Shown: positions 28,752 to 39,491, numbered from the stretch's first letter. The stretch: 64,000 nucleotides of DNA from an uncultured Clostridia bacterium (GCA_934153805.1 CAKPFO010000004.1:1554-65553); one strand, 5' to 3'. A program made the numbers and translations. Notes: generated by a model from the letters alone, not told the origin.

Positions 28752-31700
28752 ATGAAGAAAAAGTTATTAAGCATAGCATGTATAATAGCAATACTTTTAA
28801 CAAATACAGCAACACTAAGCATTGCTGCCATTGCATTTGATGAAATGTATAAGGTAAATGAAGATGAAAAATTGATTAGCAGAATAATGCCAGAGACAAC
28901 AGTAGAAATATTTAAATCGAAGACAAGTGAGCAATTAACAGTATATAAAGATGAAACTAAAACAGAAAAAGTAGATACTGGATTAATTGGAACAGGAATG
29001 GTTGTGGTAAAAGATGCGACAGGAGAAGAATACACAGTAAGTGTAATAGGTGACTTAAATGGAGACGGAAAAGCAACACAGGTAGAGTTAACAAATATAA
29101 TAAGACATATAGTAGGGCTAGAAAATGCAGAGCTAACAGGAATAAAATATGAGTCAGCAGATATTACAGGAGATAAAGCTGTTGACCAAAGAGATATAAG
29201 CAAGTTAGTAAAATATATAGTAACAGGCAAACTAGACATCGATAATGACAATAAAAATCAATCAACAATAGAGGCTACAACAAAAGAAACAAAAACAGAT
29301 AGTGTAAAAATAGAGGCAGTAGTAAAAGATTTGGTTACAGGCTCAATAAAACATACAACAACAACTGTCTATGTAAAAAAATCTGGAGAACCAGATACAA
29401 GTTACAGTAAAAAATACACAGGAACAGATAGTGAGTTAACAATAGATGGGCTTGATTCAAACACTGATTATGATATAAAAATAGAAGCAAAAGATGAACA
29501 AGGAAATGTAGTAACAAAAGTTATAAAAGTAAAAACTGCAAATATAGAGGGAAATATAACATTTGGAACTATAACATGGTCATCAGGCAAAGCAAGTACA
29601 ACAATAGCAACAGATTCAAGCTATGAAATAGAATATCAAATAAATAGTAAGACAGGAACATGGCTAAAAGCAGGCAGTACAGCAAATCAAATAACAGTAG
29701 ATAATTTGGCACATAATGATAAAATTTATGCACGTCTTACAAATGGAACTTCAACAACAGAACCAAAAGAATTAACAATAAAAGATGAAATAGAACCAAC
29801 AGTAAGCTTAAGTTTAACAAAAGGAACACAAAAGTTAACAGCAACAGCAACTGCAATCGATAATGAAAGCGGAATAGCAGCAGATGTAAAATATAAGTTT
29901 AGCATAAAAGAAAAAGATGCAAATGATAGTACATATGTAGAAAAACAAAATACAACATTAGCAACTTGTGAAATAACAGGATTAACAGAAGGAAAAGAAT
30001 ATACAGTAAAGGTAGAGGTTAGTGATATAGCTGGAAACATAGGAACAAAAGAAGAAACAATAATGATACCAGATGATATATCGCCAGTAGTAGGGTTAAC
30101 TTTAACACCTACAACAAGTACAATTATAGCAACAGCGACAGCTACAGATGTAGGAGGCTTGCCAACTAATACAATATATAAATTTAGTATAAAAAAGACA
30201 GCAGAAGATGATAGTACTTATGTAGTAAAACAAAACAATTCAGATGCAAATTGTACAATAACAGGACTAGAACAAAATACAAGTTATACAGTAAAAGTAG
30301 AGGTGGCTGATAAAGCTGGAAATGTAGGAATGAAGACAGAAACTATAACTACAACTGGAGTACCAGATAGTACAGTAGCAGGAGCAATAACATTTGGTAG
30401 TGCAACATGGAGTGCTGGAAAAGCAAGCGTAGTAATAAGTACAAATACAAGCTATACAATAGAGTATCAAGTAAATGGAACAACAGAAGGAAGCTGGACA
30501 AAAGCAAGTGCTGCAGGAGTAGACGTAACGGTAGATAATTTAAATAATAACGATATTGTTTATGCTAGACTAACAGACGGAACAAATGCTGGAAACTATG
30601 CAAGTGTAACAATAACAGATACAACAGAACCAACAGTTACATTAACATTATCAGGAGTAACAACAAGTTCAATAACAGCAACAGCAAATGCTACAGATAG
30701 TAAAAGTGGAATAGCAGCAGATGTAACATACAAATTTAGTATAAAGAAAACAGCAGAAGATGATAGTACTTATGTAGTAAAACAAAATACAACAGATAAA
30801 ACTTGTACAATAACAGGATTAGAGCAAAACACAAGTTATACAGTAAAAATTGAGGTAGAAGACATAGCTGGAAATGTAGGAGCAAAGACAGCAGCTACAA
30901 CTACTACATCAGTACCAGATAGTACAGTTTCAGGAGCAATAACATTTGGTAGTGCAACATGGAGTGCTGGAAAAGCAGAAATAACAGTAAGCACAAATAC
31001 AAGTCATACAATAGAATATCAAGTAAATGGAACAACAGAAGGAAGCTGGATAAAAGCAAGTGCAGCTGGAACAGACGTAACAGTAGATAATTTAAATAAT
31101 AACGATATTGTTTATGCACGTTTAACAGACGGAGCAAATGCAGGAAACTATGCAAGTGTAACAATAACAGATACAACAACACCAACAATTACATTAACAT
31201 TATCAAATGAAACAACAAATTCAATTACAGCAACAGCAAATGCTACAGATAGTGAAAGTGGAATAGCAGCAGATGTAACATACAAATTTAGTATAAAGAA
31301 AACAGCAGAAGATGATAGTACTTATGTAGTAAAACAAAATACAACATCTAAAACATGTACAATAACAGGACTAGAACAAAATACAAGCTACACAGTAAAA
31401 GTAGAGGTAGCTGATAAAGCTGGAAATGTAGGAACGAAGACAGAAACTACAACTACTACATCAGTACCAGATAGTACAGTGGCAGGAGCAATAACATTTG
31501 GTAGTGCGACATGGACATCAGGTAAGGCAGAAATAACAGTAAGCACAAATACAAGCTATACAATAGAATATCAAATAAATGGAACAACAGAAGGAAGCTG
31601 GATAAAAGCAAGTGCAGCAGGAGCAGACGTAACAGTAAGTAACTTAAATAATAACGATATAGTATATGCTAGATTAACAGACGGAACAAATGCAGGAAAT

Positions 31701-34700
31701 TATGCAAGTGTAACAATAACAGATACAACAACACCAACAATTACATTAACATTATCAAATGAAACAACAAATTCAATTACAGCAACAGCGGTAGCCATAG
31801 ATAGTGAAAGTGGAATAGCAGCAGATGTAACATACAAATTTAGTATAAAGAAAACATCAGAAGATGACAGTACTTATGTAGTAAAACAAAATACAACAGA
31901 TAAAACTTGTACAATAGCAGGACTAGAACAAAATACAAGCTACACAGTAAAAGTAGAGGTAGAAGACGTAGCAGGAAATGTAGGAGAAAAAACAGCAACT
32001 ACAACAACAACTGGAGTACCAGATAGCACAGTTTCAGGAGCAATAACATTTGGTAGTGCAACATGGAGTGCTGGAAAAGCAGAAGTAACAATAAGCACAA
32101 ATACAAGCTATACAATAGAATATCAAATAAATGGAACAACAGAAGAAAGCTGGATAAAAGCAAGTGCAGCTGGGACAGATGTAACAGTAGATAATTTAAA
32201 TAATAATGACATAGTATATGCTAGACTAACAGATGGAGCAAATGCAGGAAACTATGCAAGTGTAACAATAACAGATACAACAGAACCAACAGTAACGCTA
32301 ACATTATCAAATGAGACAACAAATTCAATTACAGCAACAGCAACAGCTACAGATAATGAAAGTGGAATAGCAACAGATGCAACATATAAATTTAGTATAA
32401 AGAAAACAGCAGAAGACGACAGTAGTTATGTAGTAAAACAAAATACAACAGATAAAACTTGCACGATAACAGGATTAGACCAAAATACAAGTTACACAGT
32501 AAAAGTAGAAGTGCAAGATATAGCAGGAAATACAGGAGCAAAAACAGAAACAACAACTACAACAACAGTACCAGATAGTACAGTGGCAGGAGCAATAACA
32601 TTTGGTAGTGCGACATGGACATCAGGTAAGGCAGAAATAACAATAAGCACAAATACAAGCTATACAATAGAATACCAAGTAAATGGAACAACAGAAGGAA
32701 GCTGGATAAAAGCAAGTGCAGCAGGAGCAGACGTAACAGTAGATAATTTAAATAATAACGATATTGTTTATGCACGTTTAACAGACGGAGCAAATGCAGG
32801 AAATTACGCAAGTGTAACAATAACAGATACAACAGAACCAACAATTACATTAACATTATCAAATGAAACAACAAATTCAATTACAGCAACAGCGGTAGCT
32901 ATAGATAGTGAAAGTGGAATAGCAGCAGATGCAACATATAAATTTAGTATAAAGAAAACAGCAGAAGATGATAGTACATATGTAGTAAAACAAAATACAA
33001 CAGATAAAACATGCACGATAACAGGATTAGAGCAAAATACAAGTTATACAGTAAAAATTGAAGTAGAAGATAAAGCTGGAAATACTGGAATGAAGACAGA
33101 AACTACAACTACTACATCAGTACCAGATAATACAGTAGCAGGAGCAATAACATTTGGTAGTGCAAGTTGGGCATCAGGAAAGGCAGAAATAACAGTAAGC
33201 ACAAATACAAGCTATACAATAGAATATCAAATAAATGGAACAACAGAAGGAAGCTGGACAAAAGCAAGTGCGGCTGGAACAGACGTAACAGTAGATAACT
33301 TAAATAATAATGATATCGTTTATGCTAGACTAACAGACGGAACAAATGCTGGAAATTACGCAAGTGTAACAATAACAGACACAACAAAACCAACAGTAAA
33401 CCTAACATTATCAGGAGTAACAACAAGTTCAATTATAGCAACAGCGGTAGCTACAGATAGTGAAAGTGGTATAGAAACAGATGCAACATATAAATTTAGT
33501 ATAAAAAAGACAGCAGAAGATGATAGCAGTTATGTAGTAAAACAAAACACAACAGATAAGACATGCACAATAACAGGATTAGAGCAAAACACAAATTACA
33601 CAGTAAAAGTTGAAGTAGAAGATATAGCTGGAAATGTGGGAGCAAAGACAGCAGCTACAACTACTACAGCAGTACCAGATAGCACAGTTTCAGGAGCAAT
33701 AACATTTGGAACAGCAATATGGTCAGCAGGTAAAGCAGAAATAACAGTAAGTACAAATACAAGTTACACAATAGAATACCAAGTAAATGGAACAACAGAA
33801 GGAAGCTGGATAAAAGCAAGTGCTGCAGGAGCAGACGTAACGGTAGATAATTTAAATAATAACGATATTGTTTATGCTAGACTAACAGACGGAACAAATG
33901 CAGGGAATTACGCAAATGTAACAATAACAGATACAACAGAACCAACAGTAACACTAACATTATCAAACGAAACAACAAATTCAATTACAGCAACAGCAAC
34001 AGCTACAGATGATGAAAGTGGAATAGCAGCAGATGCAACATATAAATTTAGTATAAAGAAAACAGCAGAAGATGATAGTACTTATGTAGTAAAACAAAAT
34101 ACAACAGATAAAACTTGTACAATAACAGGATTAGAGCAAAATACAGATTACACAGTAAAAGTTGAAGTAGAAGATAAAGCTGGAAATACTGGAATGAAGA
34201 CAGAAACTACAACGACTACAGCAGTACCAGATAGCACAGTTTCAGGAGCAATAACATTTGGAACAGCAACATGGTCAGCAGGAAAAGCAGAAGTAACAAT
34301 AAGCACAAATACAAGTTATACAATAGAATACCAAGTAAATAGTACATCAGGAACATGGACAAAGGTAAATGCAGGAGCTGTAGGAGGAACAAACGTAACA
34401 GTAAGTAACTTAAATAATAACGATATAGTATATGCTAGATTAACAGACGGAACAAATGCTGGAAACTATGCAAGTGTAACAATAACAGATACAACAGAAC
34501 CAACAATTACATTAACATTATCAGGAGTAACAACAAGTTCAATAACAGCAACAGCAGATGCAGCAGATAGTGAAAGTGGAATAAGTGCAACAGCAACATA
34601 TAAATTTAGCGTAAAGAAAACATCAGAGGCAGACAGTAGTTATGTAGTAAAACAAAATACAACATCTAAAGCATGTACAATAACAGGTTTACAACAAAAT

Positions 34701-36416
34701 ACAGATTACACAGTAAAAGTAGAGGTAGCAGATATCGCAGGAAATGCTGGAAGCAAAACTGCAGCAAAAACTACACAGACAGTTCCAAATGGAACACAAA
34801 CAGGAGCAATAACATTTGGCAGTGCAACATGGTCATCTGGAAAAGCAAGTATAGCAATAAGCACAGATACAAGCTATACAATAGAATATCAAGTAAATAG
34901 CACATCAGGCACATGGACAAAAGCAAGTTCGGCAGGAACAAGTGTAACAGTAAGTAATTTAAGCAATAACAGTGTAGTATATGCGAGATTAACAGATGGA
35001 ACAAATGCCGGAAATTACGCAAGTGTAACAATTGCAGATGCAACAAAACCAAAAGTTACATCAGCAACGGCAACATCAAGCAGTATTACATTTAGTGCGG
35101 TAGATAATGAAAGTGGAATAGTAGGATACAAAGTAACAACATCAAGTACAGCACCATCAAGTTTTGATAGTTGCACAAACACAACTACATTAACTAATAA
35201 GCAAGTAACAGGATTAAGTGCAAATACAACATATTATATATGGTTAAAAGATGCAGCAGGAAATGTAAGTACAGTATATAGTATAAAAACATCTGCTATC
35301 TTAGTAACATCTATTACATTGAATAAAACAGAGTTAACTTTGGAAGAAAGTAAAGAGGAAACATTAACTGCAACAATAAGTCCAACAAATGCAACAAATA
35401 AACAAGTAACATGGTCAACAAGTAAAAGTTCAGTTGCAACAGTAGATACAACAGGAAAAATAACAGCAGTAGCAGCAGGAACAGCAACAATAACAGCTAC
35501 AGCTAAAGATGGTAGTGGAAAATCTGCAAGTTGCACGGTAACGGTAGAAAGTGCTATAAAAGCAGAATATGTAAATTATCCAATAGACTTAAATGGAGAT
35601 GGAGATACAACAAATGACTGGATGCTATTTTATAAAGCAGATGGAAATGCAGAAGGAGAAGAAACTGGGGGAGCATATGCAGAAAATGTAGGAGATTACT
35701 ATATAATAGCAGCAGATTATTTAAAAAATACAGACAGTAGATTAAAATTAAGCCAAATGGGAACAGTACACGCAAACGGAGCATATTGTATATCGTGGTA
35801 TTATGAAAAGGATTTACCAACAACAGTACAAAAATCTGGAACAGAAACACTGATAGTGGGAGGAAGAACAAATACAAGTACAACAATAAATAAATTATTT
35901 ATGCAAAATAAATTTGGAGCATTAAATAGTGATAATCCTAATTCCAGAGCAGTATCAGCATTAATAAATACATCAAACTGGGCTGGATATGTAAATACAA
36001 GTTATGCAGATTATGCAATAGGAGCACCAACATTAGAGATGTGGGTAGCAAGTTGGAACGGAGCATATGAGGATAAATTAAAATTGTATACGAATAAAAA
36101 TTCATATGGTTACTATGTAGGAACAAATTCAAATAGTATAACCACGACATTTCAATCTATCTCATCAATAAGAGAAGGCTACAATAATAAATTATATTTT
36201 CCATATCAAGAATGTATTGATGGTACTAGCTGCTATGGAACATGGTTGGCATCTCCATCTGCTAAGGATGAAGAAACGAGATTAAGCGTGTATAGCTTAG
36301 GATTGATTTTTGCCGAGAGGATGTACTCGAGTGATTTGTGTACACGTCCTGTAGTCCATATAAAATCAGGAAAGTCATTAGAGAAAAATGCTTCAGGAAT
36401 ATGGGAGATAAAATAG
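28752..36416 (+). CDS. giant (2554 aa) secreted repeat protein: N-terminal dockerin-like module, about 10 tandem Fn3/Ig-like double modules, Big_2 domain, C-terminal domain of unknown function
   Basis: Signal peptide, then the dockerin EF-hand pair GDLNGDGKATQVELTNIIRHIVG / ADITGDKAVDQRDISKLVKYIV. The 184-aa units repeat (ITFGSATWS...YTIEYQVNGTTEGSW...SGIAADVTYKFSIKK...YTVKVEV.D.AGN). Big_2 domain (ITLNKTELTL...ATITATAKDGSGKSASCTVTV). The C-terminal domain ends in WLASP...TRPVV. Confidence 0.85.
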   Translation: MKKKLLSIACIIAILLTNTATLSIAAIAFDEMYKVNEDEKLISRIMPETTVEIFKSKTSEQLTVYKDETKTEKVDTGLIGTGMVVVKDATGEEYTVSVIGDLNGDGKATQVELTNIIRHIVGLENAELTGIKYESADITGDKAVDQRDISKLVKYIVTGKLDIDNDNKNQSTIEATTKETKTDSVKIEAVVKDLVTGSIKHTTTTVYVKKSGEPDTSYSKKYTGTDSELTIDGLDSNTDYDIKIEAKDEQGNVVTKVIKVKTANIEGNITFGTITWSSGKASTTIATDSSYEIEYQINSKTGTWLKAGSTANQITVDNLAHNDKIYARLTNGTSTTEPKELTIKDEIEPTVSLSLTKGTQKLTATATAIDNESGIAADVKYKFSIKEKDANDSTYVEKQNTTLATCEITGLTEGKEYTVKVEVSDIAGNIGTKEETIMIPDDISPVVGLTLTPTTSTIIATATATDVGGLPTNTIYKFSIKKTAEDDSTYVVKQNNSDANCTITGLEQNTSYTVKVEVADKAGNVGMKTETITTTGVPDSTVAGAITFGSATWSAGKASVVISTNTSYTIEYQVNGTTEGSWTKASAAGVDVTVDNLNNNDIVYARLTDGTNAGNYASVTITDTTEPTVTLTLSGVTTSSITATANATDSKSGIAADVTYKFSIKKTAEDDSTYVVKQNTTDKTCTITGLEQNTSYTVKIEVEDIAGNVGAKTAATTTTSVPDSTVSGAITFGSATWSAGKAEITVSTNTSHTIEYQVNGTTEGSWIKASAAGTDVTVDNLNNNDIVYARLTDGANAGNYASVTITDTTTPTITLTLSNETTNSITATANATDSESGIAADVTYKFSIKKTAEDDSTYVVKQNTTSKTCTITGLEQNTSYTVKVEVADKAGNVGTKTETTTTTSVPDSTVAGAITFGSATWTSGKAEITVSTNTSYTIEYQINGTTEGSWIKASAAGADVTVSNLNNNDIVYARLTDGTNAGNYASVTITDTTTPTITLTLSNETTNSITATAVAIDSESGIAADVTYKFSIKKTSEDDSTYVVKQNTTDKTCTIAGLEQNTSYTVKVEVEDVAGNVGEKTATTTTTGVPDSTVSGAITFGSATWSAGKAEVTISTNTSYTIEYQINGTTEESWIKASAAGTDVTVDNLNNNDIVYARLTDGANAGNYASVTITDTTEPTVTLTLSNETTNSITATATATDNESGIATDATYKFSIKKTAEDDSSYVVKQNTTDKTCTITGLDQNTSYTVKVEVQDIAGNTGAKTETTTTTTVPDSTVAGAITFGSATWTSGKAEITISTNTSYTIEYQVNGTTEGSWIKASAAGADVTVDNLNNNDIVYARLTDGANAGNYASVTITDTTEPTITLTLSNETTNSITATAVAIDSESGIAADATYKFSIKKTAEDDSTYVVKQNTTDKTCTITGLEQNTSYTVKIEVEDKAGNTGMKTETTTTTSVPDNTVAGAITFGSASWASGKAEITVSTNTSYTIEYQINGTTEGSWTKASAAGTDVTVDNLNNNDIVYARLTDGTNAGNYASVTITDTTKPTVNLTLSGVTTSSIIATAVATDSESGIETDATYKFSIKKTAEDDSSYVVKQNTTDKTCTITGLEQNTNYTVKVEVEDIAGNVGAKTAATTTTAVPDSTVSGAITFGTAIWSAGKAEITVSTNTSYTIEYQVNGTTEGSWIKASAAGADVTVDNLNNNDIVYARLTDGTNAGNYANVTITDTTEPTVTLTLSNETTNSITATATATDDESGIAADATYKFSIKKTAEDDSTYVVKQNTTDKTCTITGLEQNTDYTVKVEVEDKAGNTGMKTETTTTTAVPDSTVSGAITFGTATWSAGKAEVTISTNTSYTIEYQVNSTSGTWTKVNAGAVGGTNVTVSNLNNNDIVYARLTDGTNAGNYASVTITDTTEPTITLTLSGVTTSSITATADAADSESGISATATYKFSVKKTSEADSSYVVKQNTTSKACTITGLQQNTDYTVKVEVADIAGNAGSKTAAKTTQTVPNGTQTGAITFGSATWSSGKASIAISTDTSYTIEYQVNSTSGTWTKASSAGTSVTVSNLSNNSVVYARLTDGTNAGNYASVTIADATKPKVTSATATSSSITFSAVDNESGIVGYKVTTSSTAPSSFDSCTNTTTLTNKQVTGLSANTTYYIWLKDAAGNVSTVYSIKTSAILVTSITLNKTELTLEESKEETLTATISPTNATNKQVTWSTSKSSVATVDTTGKITAVAAGTATITATAKDGSGKSASCTVTVESAIKAEYVNYPIDLNGDGDTTNDWMLFYKADGNAEGEETGGAYAENVGDYYIIAADYLKNTDSRLKLSQMGTVHANGAYCISWYYEKDLPTTVQKSGTETLIVGGRTNTSTTINKLFMQNKFGALNSDNPNSRAVSALINTSNWAGYVNTSYADYAIGAPTLEMWVASWNGAYEDKLKLYTNKNSYGYYVGTNSNSITTTFQSISSIREGYNNKLYFPYQECIDGTSCYGTWLASPSAKDEETRLSVYSLGLIFAERMYSSDLCTRPVVHIKSGKSLEKNASGIWEIK
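29540..35050 (+). repeat. in-frame tandem DNA repeats, 552-bp period, inside the giant gene
   Basis: GCAATAACATTTGG recurs at 30384, 30936, 31488, 32040, 32592, 33144, 33696 and 34248, an exact 552-nt spacing, and then at 34806. Units are near-identical at DNA level by eye. More diverged units flank them. Confidence 0.9.
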
Positions 36417-36497
36417 AGAATATTACTAGTAATTAAAACAACAATGAAATACATGCAATGAATGTCAAAGAAACAGAATGAAATTGAAAATACAATC

Positions 36498-36531
36498 AAA
36501 AACACAGTCTAGATTTTAGACTGTGTTTTTG
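36498..36531 (+). terminator. intrinsic terminator after the giant gene
   Basis: Hairpin ACACAGTCT / AGACTGTGT followed by a T run. Confidence 0.75.
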
Positions 36532-36730
36532 TAAAAATTACTGTTGATATTATAAAATAGAAGGATAAAAGTATAATCTTTAATTCATATATGTCATATT
36601 ATGTCGGAAAGTTTTTGTTGCAATTGTATCTGAAATGTGTTAACATAAATGTAAATTATATTTCAAATGATTTTTATTCAAAATAAAAAATCAAGGCAGT
36701 TCTGCCAAAATTTTCAAACAAAAAAATAAA

Positions 36731-36761
36731 AAGAAAGAAGAAAGAAGAAAGAAGAAAGAAG
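36731..36761 (+). repeat. heptanucleotide simple sequence repeat (AAGAAAG) x4 plus a partial copy
   Basis: Perfect copies at 36731, 36738, 36745 and 36752, immediately 5' of the Rpn-family reading frame. Confidence 0.85.
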
Positions 36762-36767
36762 GTAGGC

Positions 36768-37625
36768 ATTATAGGAAATTTATTAAATCCAAAAATAGAC
36801 TATGTATTTAAAAGAATATTTGGATACATAGGAAATGAAGAGATAACAGCAGCACTTTTAAGTTCTATATTAAAAAAGCAAATTAGCAATGTAAAATTAG
36901 ATAGTAATCCAATATTAGAAAAAGATATACTAGATGACAAAGTAGGAATTCTAGACATAAGAGCTAAAATAGATAACAATATTAATTGTAATATAGAAAT
37001 GCAAGTAGTAGATAAAAAGAATATCGAAAAGAGAATATTGTACTATTGGAGTAAGATGTATGCTAAAAGTATAAAAGCAGGTGATGATTACGAAAAATTA
37101 GAAAAAGGAATAGCAATACTAATATCAGATTACGAACTATCAGGCTTAAAGAAAATAGAGAAATATATAACGAAGTGGAACATAAGAGAAGAGGAATATC
37201 AAAAAATAATATTGACAGATGTGATGGAAATATATATAATCGAACTACCAAAGTTCGAGAGATATAAAGAAAAGACAGATAAAGTTTTGAACTCATGGGT
37301 GAAATTTATAGAAAATCCAGAGGTGGTCGATATGAAGGAAAATGAAAAAGTAGGAAAAGCTAAAAAAGTACTAGAAGAAATAAGCCAAGATGAGCATGAA
37401 AGATATTTAGCAGAGCTAAGAGAAAAATACATAATGGACAAAAAGGCAATAGAGGACGCTGGTTTTGATAAAGGCTTAGAAGCTGGAATTAAACAAGGAC
37501 TTGAACAAGGCAAAAAGCAACAAGCAATTGATATAGCTAAAAATTTAAAAGAACAAAATGTAGATATTGATATCATATGTAAAACCACAGGTTTAACAAA
37601 AGAAGAAATAGAAAATTTAAAATAG
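36768..37625 (+). CDS. Rpn-family recombination-promoting nuclease / putative transposase (PD-(D/E)XK); no canonical start codon for the conserved N-terminus
   Basis: The frame is open from 36687 and encodes the family N-terminus LLNPKIDYVFKRIFG...DKVGILDIRAKIDNNINCNIEMQV, upstream of the first ATG at 36999. Only ATT 36768 or ATA 36771 are available, after AGAAGG. Confidence 0.65.
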   Translation: MIGNLLNPKIDYVFKRIFGYIGNEEITAALLSSILKKQISNVKLDSNPILEKDILDDKVGILDIRAKIDNNINCNIEMQVVDKKNIEKRILYYWSKMYAKSIKAGDDYEKLEKGIAILISDYELSGLKKIEKYITKWNIREEEYQKIILTDVMEIYIIELPKFERYKEKTDKVLNSWVKFIENPEVVDMKENEKVGKAKKVLEEISQDEHERYLAELREKYIMDKKAIEDAGFDKGLEAGIKQGLEQGKKQQAIDIAKNLKEQNVDIDIICKTTGLTKEEIENLK

Positions 37626-38087
37626 ATACGAGATACATTTGAAATATAATTAATAAAATAAGACTTAATAATATTAGGTCTTATTTTTGAGAAGAGCAGT
37701 TACAGAAATAAAATAGTTTAATAATGTGACACTATATAAAAAAGTAGCTTACTGCTTAAGTAAGCTACTCTAGAAAATAAAAGGGGATGTTTTTCTAAAT
37801 TAGTTAAGTACTAAAAGGGTATGAATAGTACTAACTATGCTTATAATATACCAATAGTTTTTGTCTATTGTGTGAATAAATTGAGAAAATTGTGCAAAGT
37901 TAGAAAATTTCTTTAGAAAGAATTAAATAATACTTATTTAAATTTTGGCGAATTTAAATAAATTAAAACTAAATATGGGAAAAATCTTTTTATATGTCTC
38001 ATATACAATATGTAAAAAACAAAAAATATTAAGGAAATAAGCTTATAGCCTATTTCCTTATCTAGTTCATAATATAAATTTATGATT

Positions 38088-38621
38088 TTAATAATTTTCT
38101 GCTTTTATTTCAAAGTAAGATTGTGGATGTTTGCAAACTGGGCAAACTGCAGGAGCTTCTGTTCCTACAACTATATGTCCACAGTTTCTACATTTCCAAA
38201 TTACTATGCTACCTTTTTTGAATACTTCTCCATCTTGTATATTTTGCAATAATTTTCTATATCTTGCTTCGTGTTCTTTTTCTACTAATGCAATTCCTCT
38301 GAATGTTGCAGCAATTTCTGTAAATCCTTCTTCATCAGCTTCTTTGGCAAATGTATCGTACATATCTGTCCATTCGTAATTTTCTCCTGCTGCAGCATCT
38401 GCTAAGTTAGACATTGTATCTCCAATACCGTTTAAATATTTGAAGTGAATTTTAGCATGTTCTTTTTCGTTTTCAGCTGTCTCTAAAAATATAGCAGCTA
38501 TTTGCTCATATCCTTCTTTTTTGGCTACACTTGCAAAATATGTGTATTTATTTCTTGCTTCTGATTCTCCTGAAAAAGCAGCTTTTAAATTTGCTTCTGT
38601 TTTTGATCCTTTTAATTCCAT
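38088..38621 (-). CDS. rbr: rubrerythrin
   Basis: Diiron four-helix domain (E...EKEH twice) plus a C-terminal rubredoxin-like CRNCGH...CPVCKHP. Confidence 0.9.
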   Translation of the reverse strand: MELKGSKTEANLKAAFSGESEARNKYTYFASVAKKEGYEQIAAIFLETAENEKEHAKIHFKYLNGIGDTMSNLADAAAGENYEWTDMYDTFAKEADEEGFTEIAATFRGIALVEKEHEARYRKLLQNIQDGEVFKKGSIVIWKCRNCGHIVVGTEAPAVCPVCKHPQSYFEIKAENY

Positions 38622-38827
38622 TATATACCTCCTAAAAATTTTATTTATATTGTTATATTATAAATTATGGACAAAGTCAAGAAATATATGATTATAAATT
38701 TAGAAAAAAGTATCATGTTTATTAAATAATAGCTGTTAACATTTTAAATTTTTATTGCATTTAGCAATGTGTTAGTGTAAAATAATAATGATTTTATAAT
38801 AAAAGACAAAATTGAGGAGGAAGTAAA

Positions 38828-39289
38828 ATGGAAAAAATAAGAGGCTTTGAAGTGGCAAAAGGATTTGAAGAAAAAGGAATTAATTTACCTGTTAGAAAAA
38901 CAAAATATTCTGCAGGATATGATGTAGAGGCAGCAGAGGACTGCATAATACCTTCATTTAAAAAAGGAATGAAACCAACATTAATAAAAACAGGTATAAA
39001 AGCATATATGGCAGATGATGAAGTACTAATATTAGCTAATAGAAGCTCAAACCCAGGTAAAAAAGGACTTATATTAGCAAATAGTATAGGAGTAATAGAT
39101 AAAGACTATTATGGAAATCCAGATAATGATGGACATATAATGTTTGCATTTTTTAACATAAAAGATGAAGATGTAGAGATTAAAAAAGGAGATTGCATTG
39201 GGCAAGCAATATTCCAAAAGTATTTAGTTGTTGATAATGATAGTGCAGAAGGAGAAAGAACAGGTGGCTTTGGTTCAACAAATAAATAG
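38828..39289 (+). CDS. dut: dUTP diphosphatase (trimeric dUTPase family)
   Basis: SAGYDV, GVIDKDYYGNPDNDGHI and the C-terminal RTGGFGST motif. RBS GAGGAGG. Confidence 0.85.
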   Translation: MEKIRGFEVAKGFEEKGINLPVRKTKYSAGYDVEAAEDCIIPSFKKGMKPTLIKTGIKAYMADDEVLILANRSSNPGKKGLILANSIGVIDKDYYGNPDNDGHIMFAFFNIKDEDVEIKKGDCIGQAIFQKYLVVDNDSAEGERTGGFGSTNK

Positions 39290-39491
39290 GCAAAACTAAT
39301 GGATTAATGATATAAAGAAGGTAGCTACAAATGAAAAGATAAAAGCATTTAAAATGTAAATGATTTTAATAAAGATGTAGCAAAAAAATTGCAAAAGAAC
39401 ACATAAAAAATGCTTGTAATATGTAGAACGCCATGATATAATGTACCTGTTTCAAGGAGATCGTCCAGTTTAGGGAAGGAGATGCGTTATA

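Noticed and set aside
30904-31188. Leu-rich antisense ORFs inside the giant repeat gene. This includes 29335..29517, 32557..32844, 34771..35052, 35554..35886 and the other minus-strand ORFs in 28709..36505.
   Set aside because: They are low-complexity mirror images of the sense-strand repeats, recur only because the DNA repeats, lack RBSs and overlap a strongly supported 2554-codon gene.
38622-38827. A PerR/Fur-type box upstream of rubrerythrin.
   Set aside because: Several TTATAAT-like strings occur, but none forms a clean 7-1-7 inverted repeat, so it is not supportable by eye.
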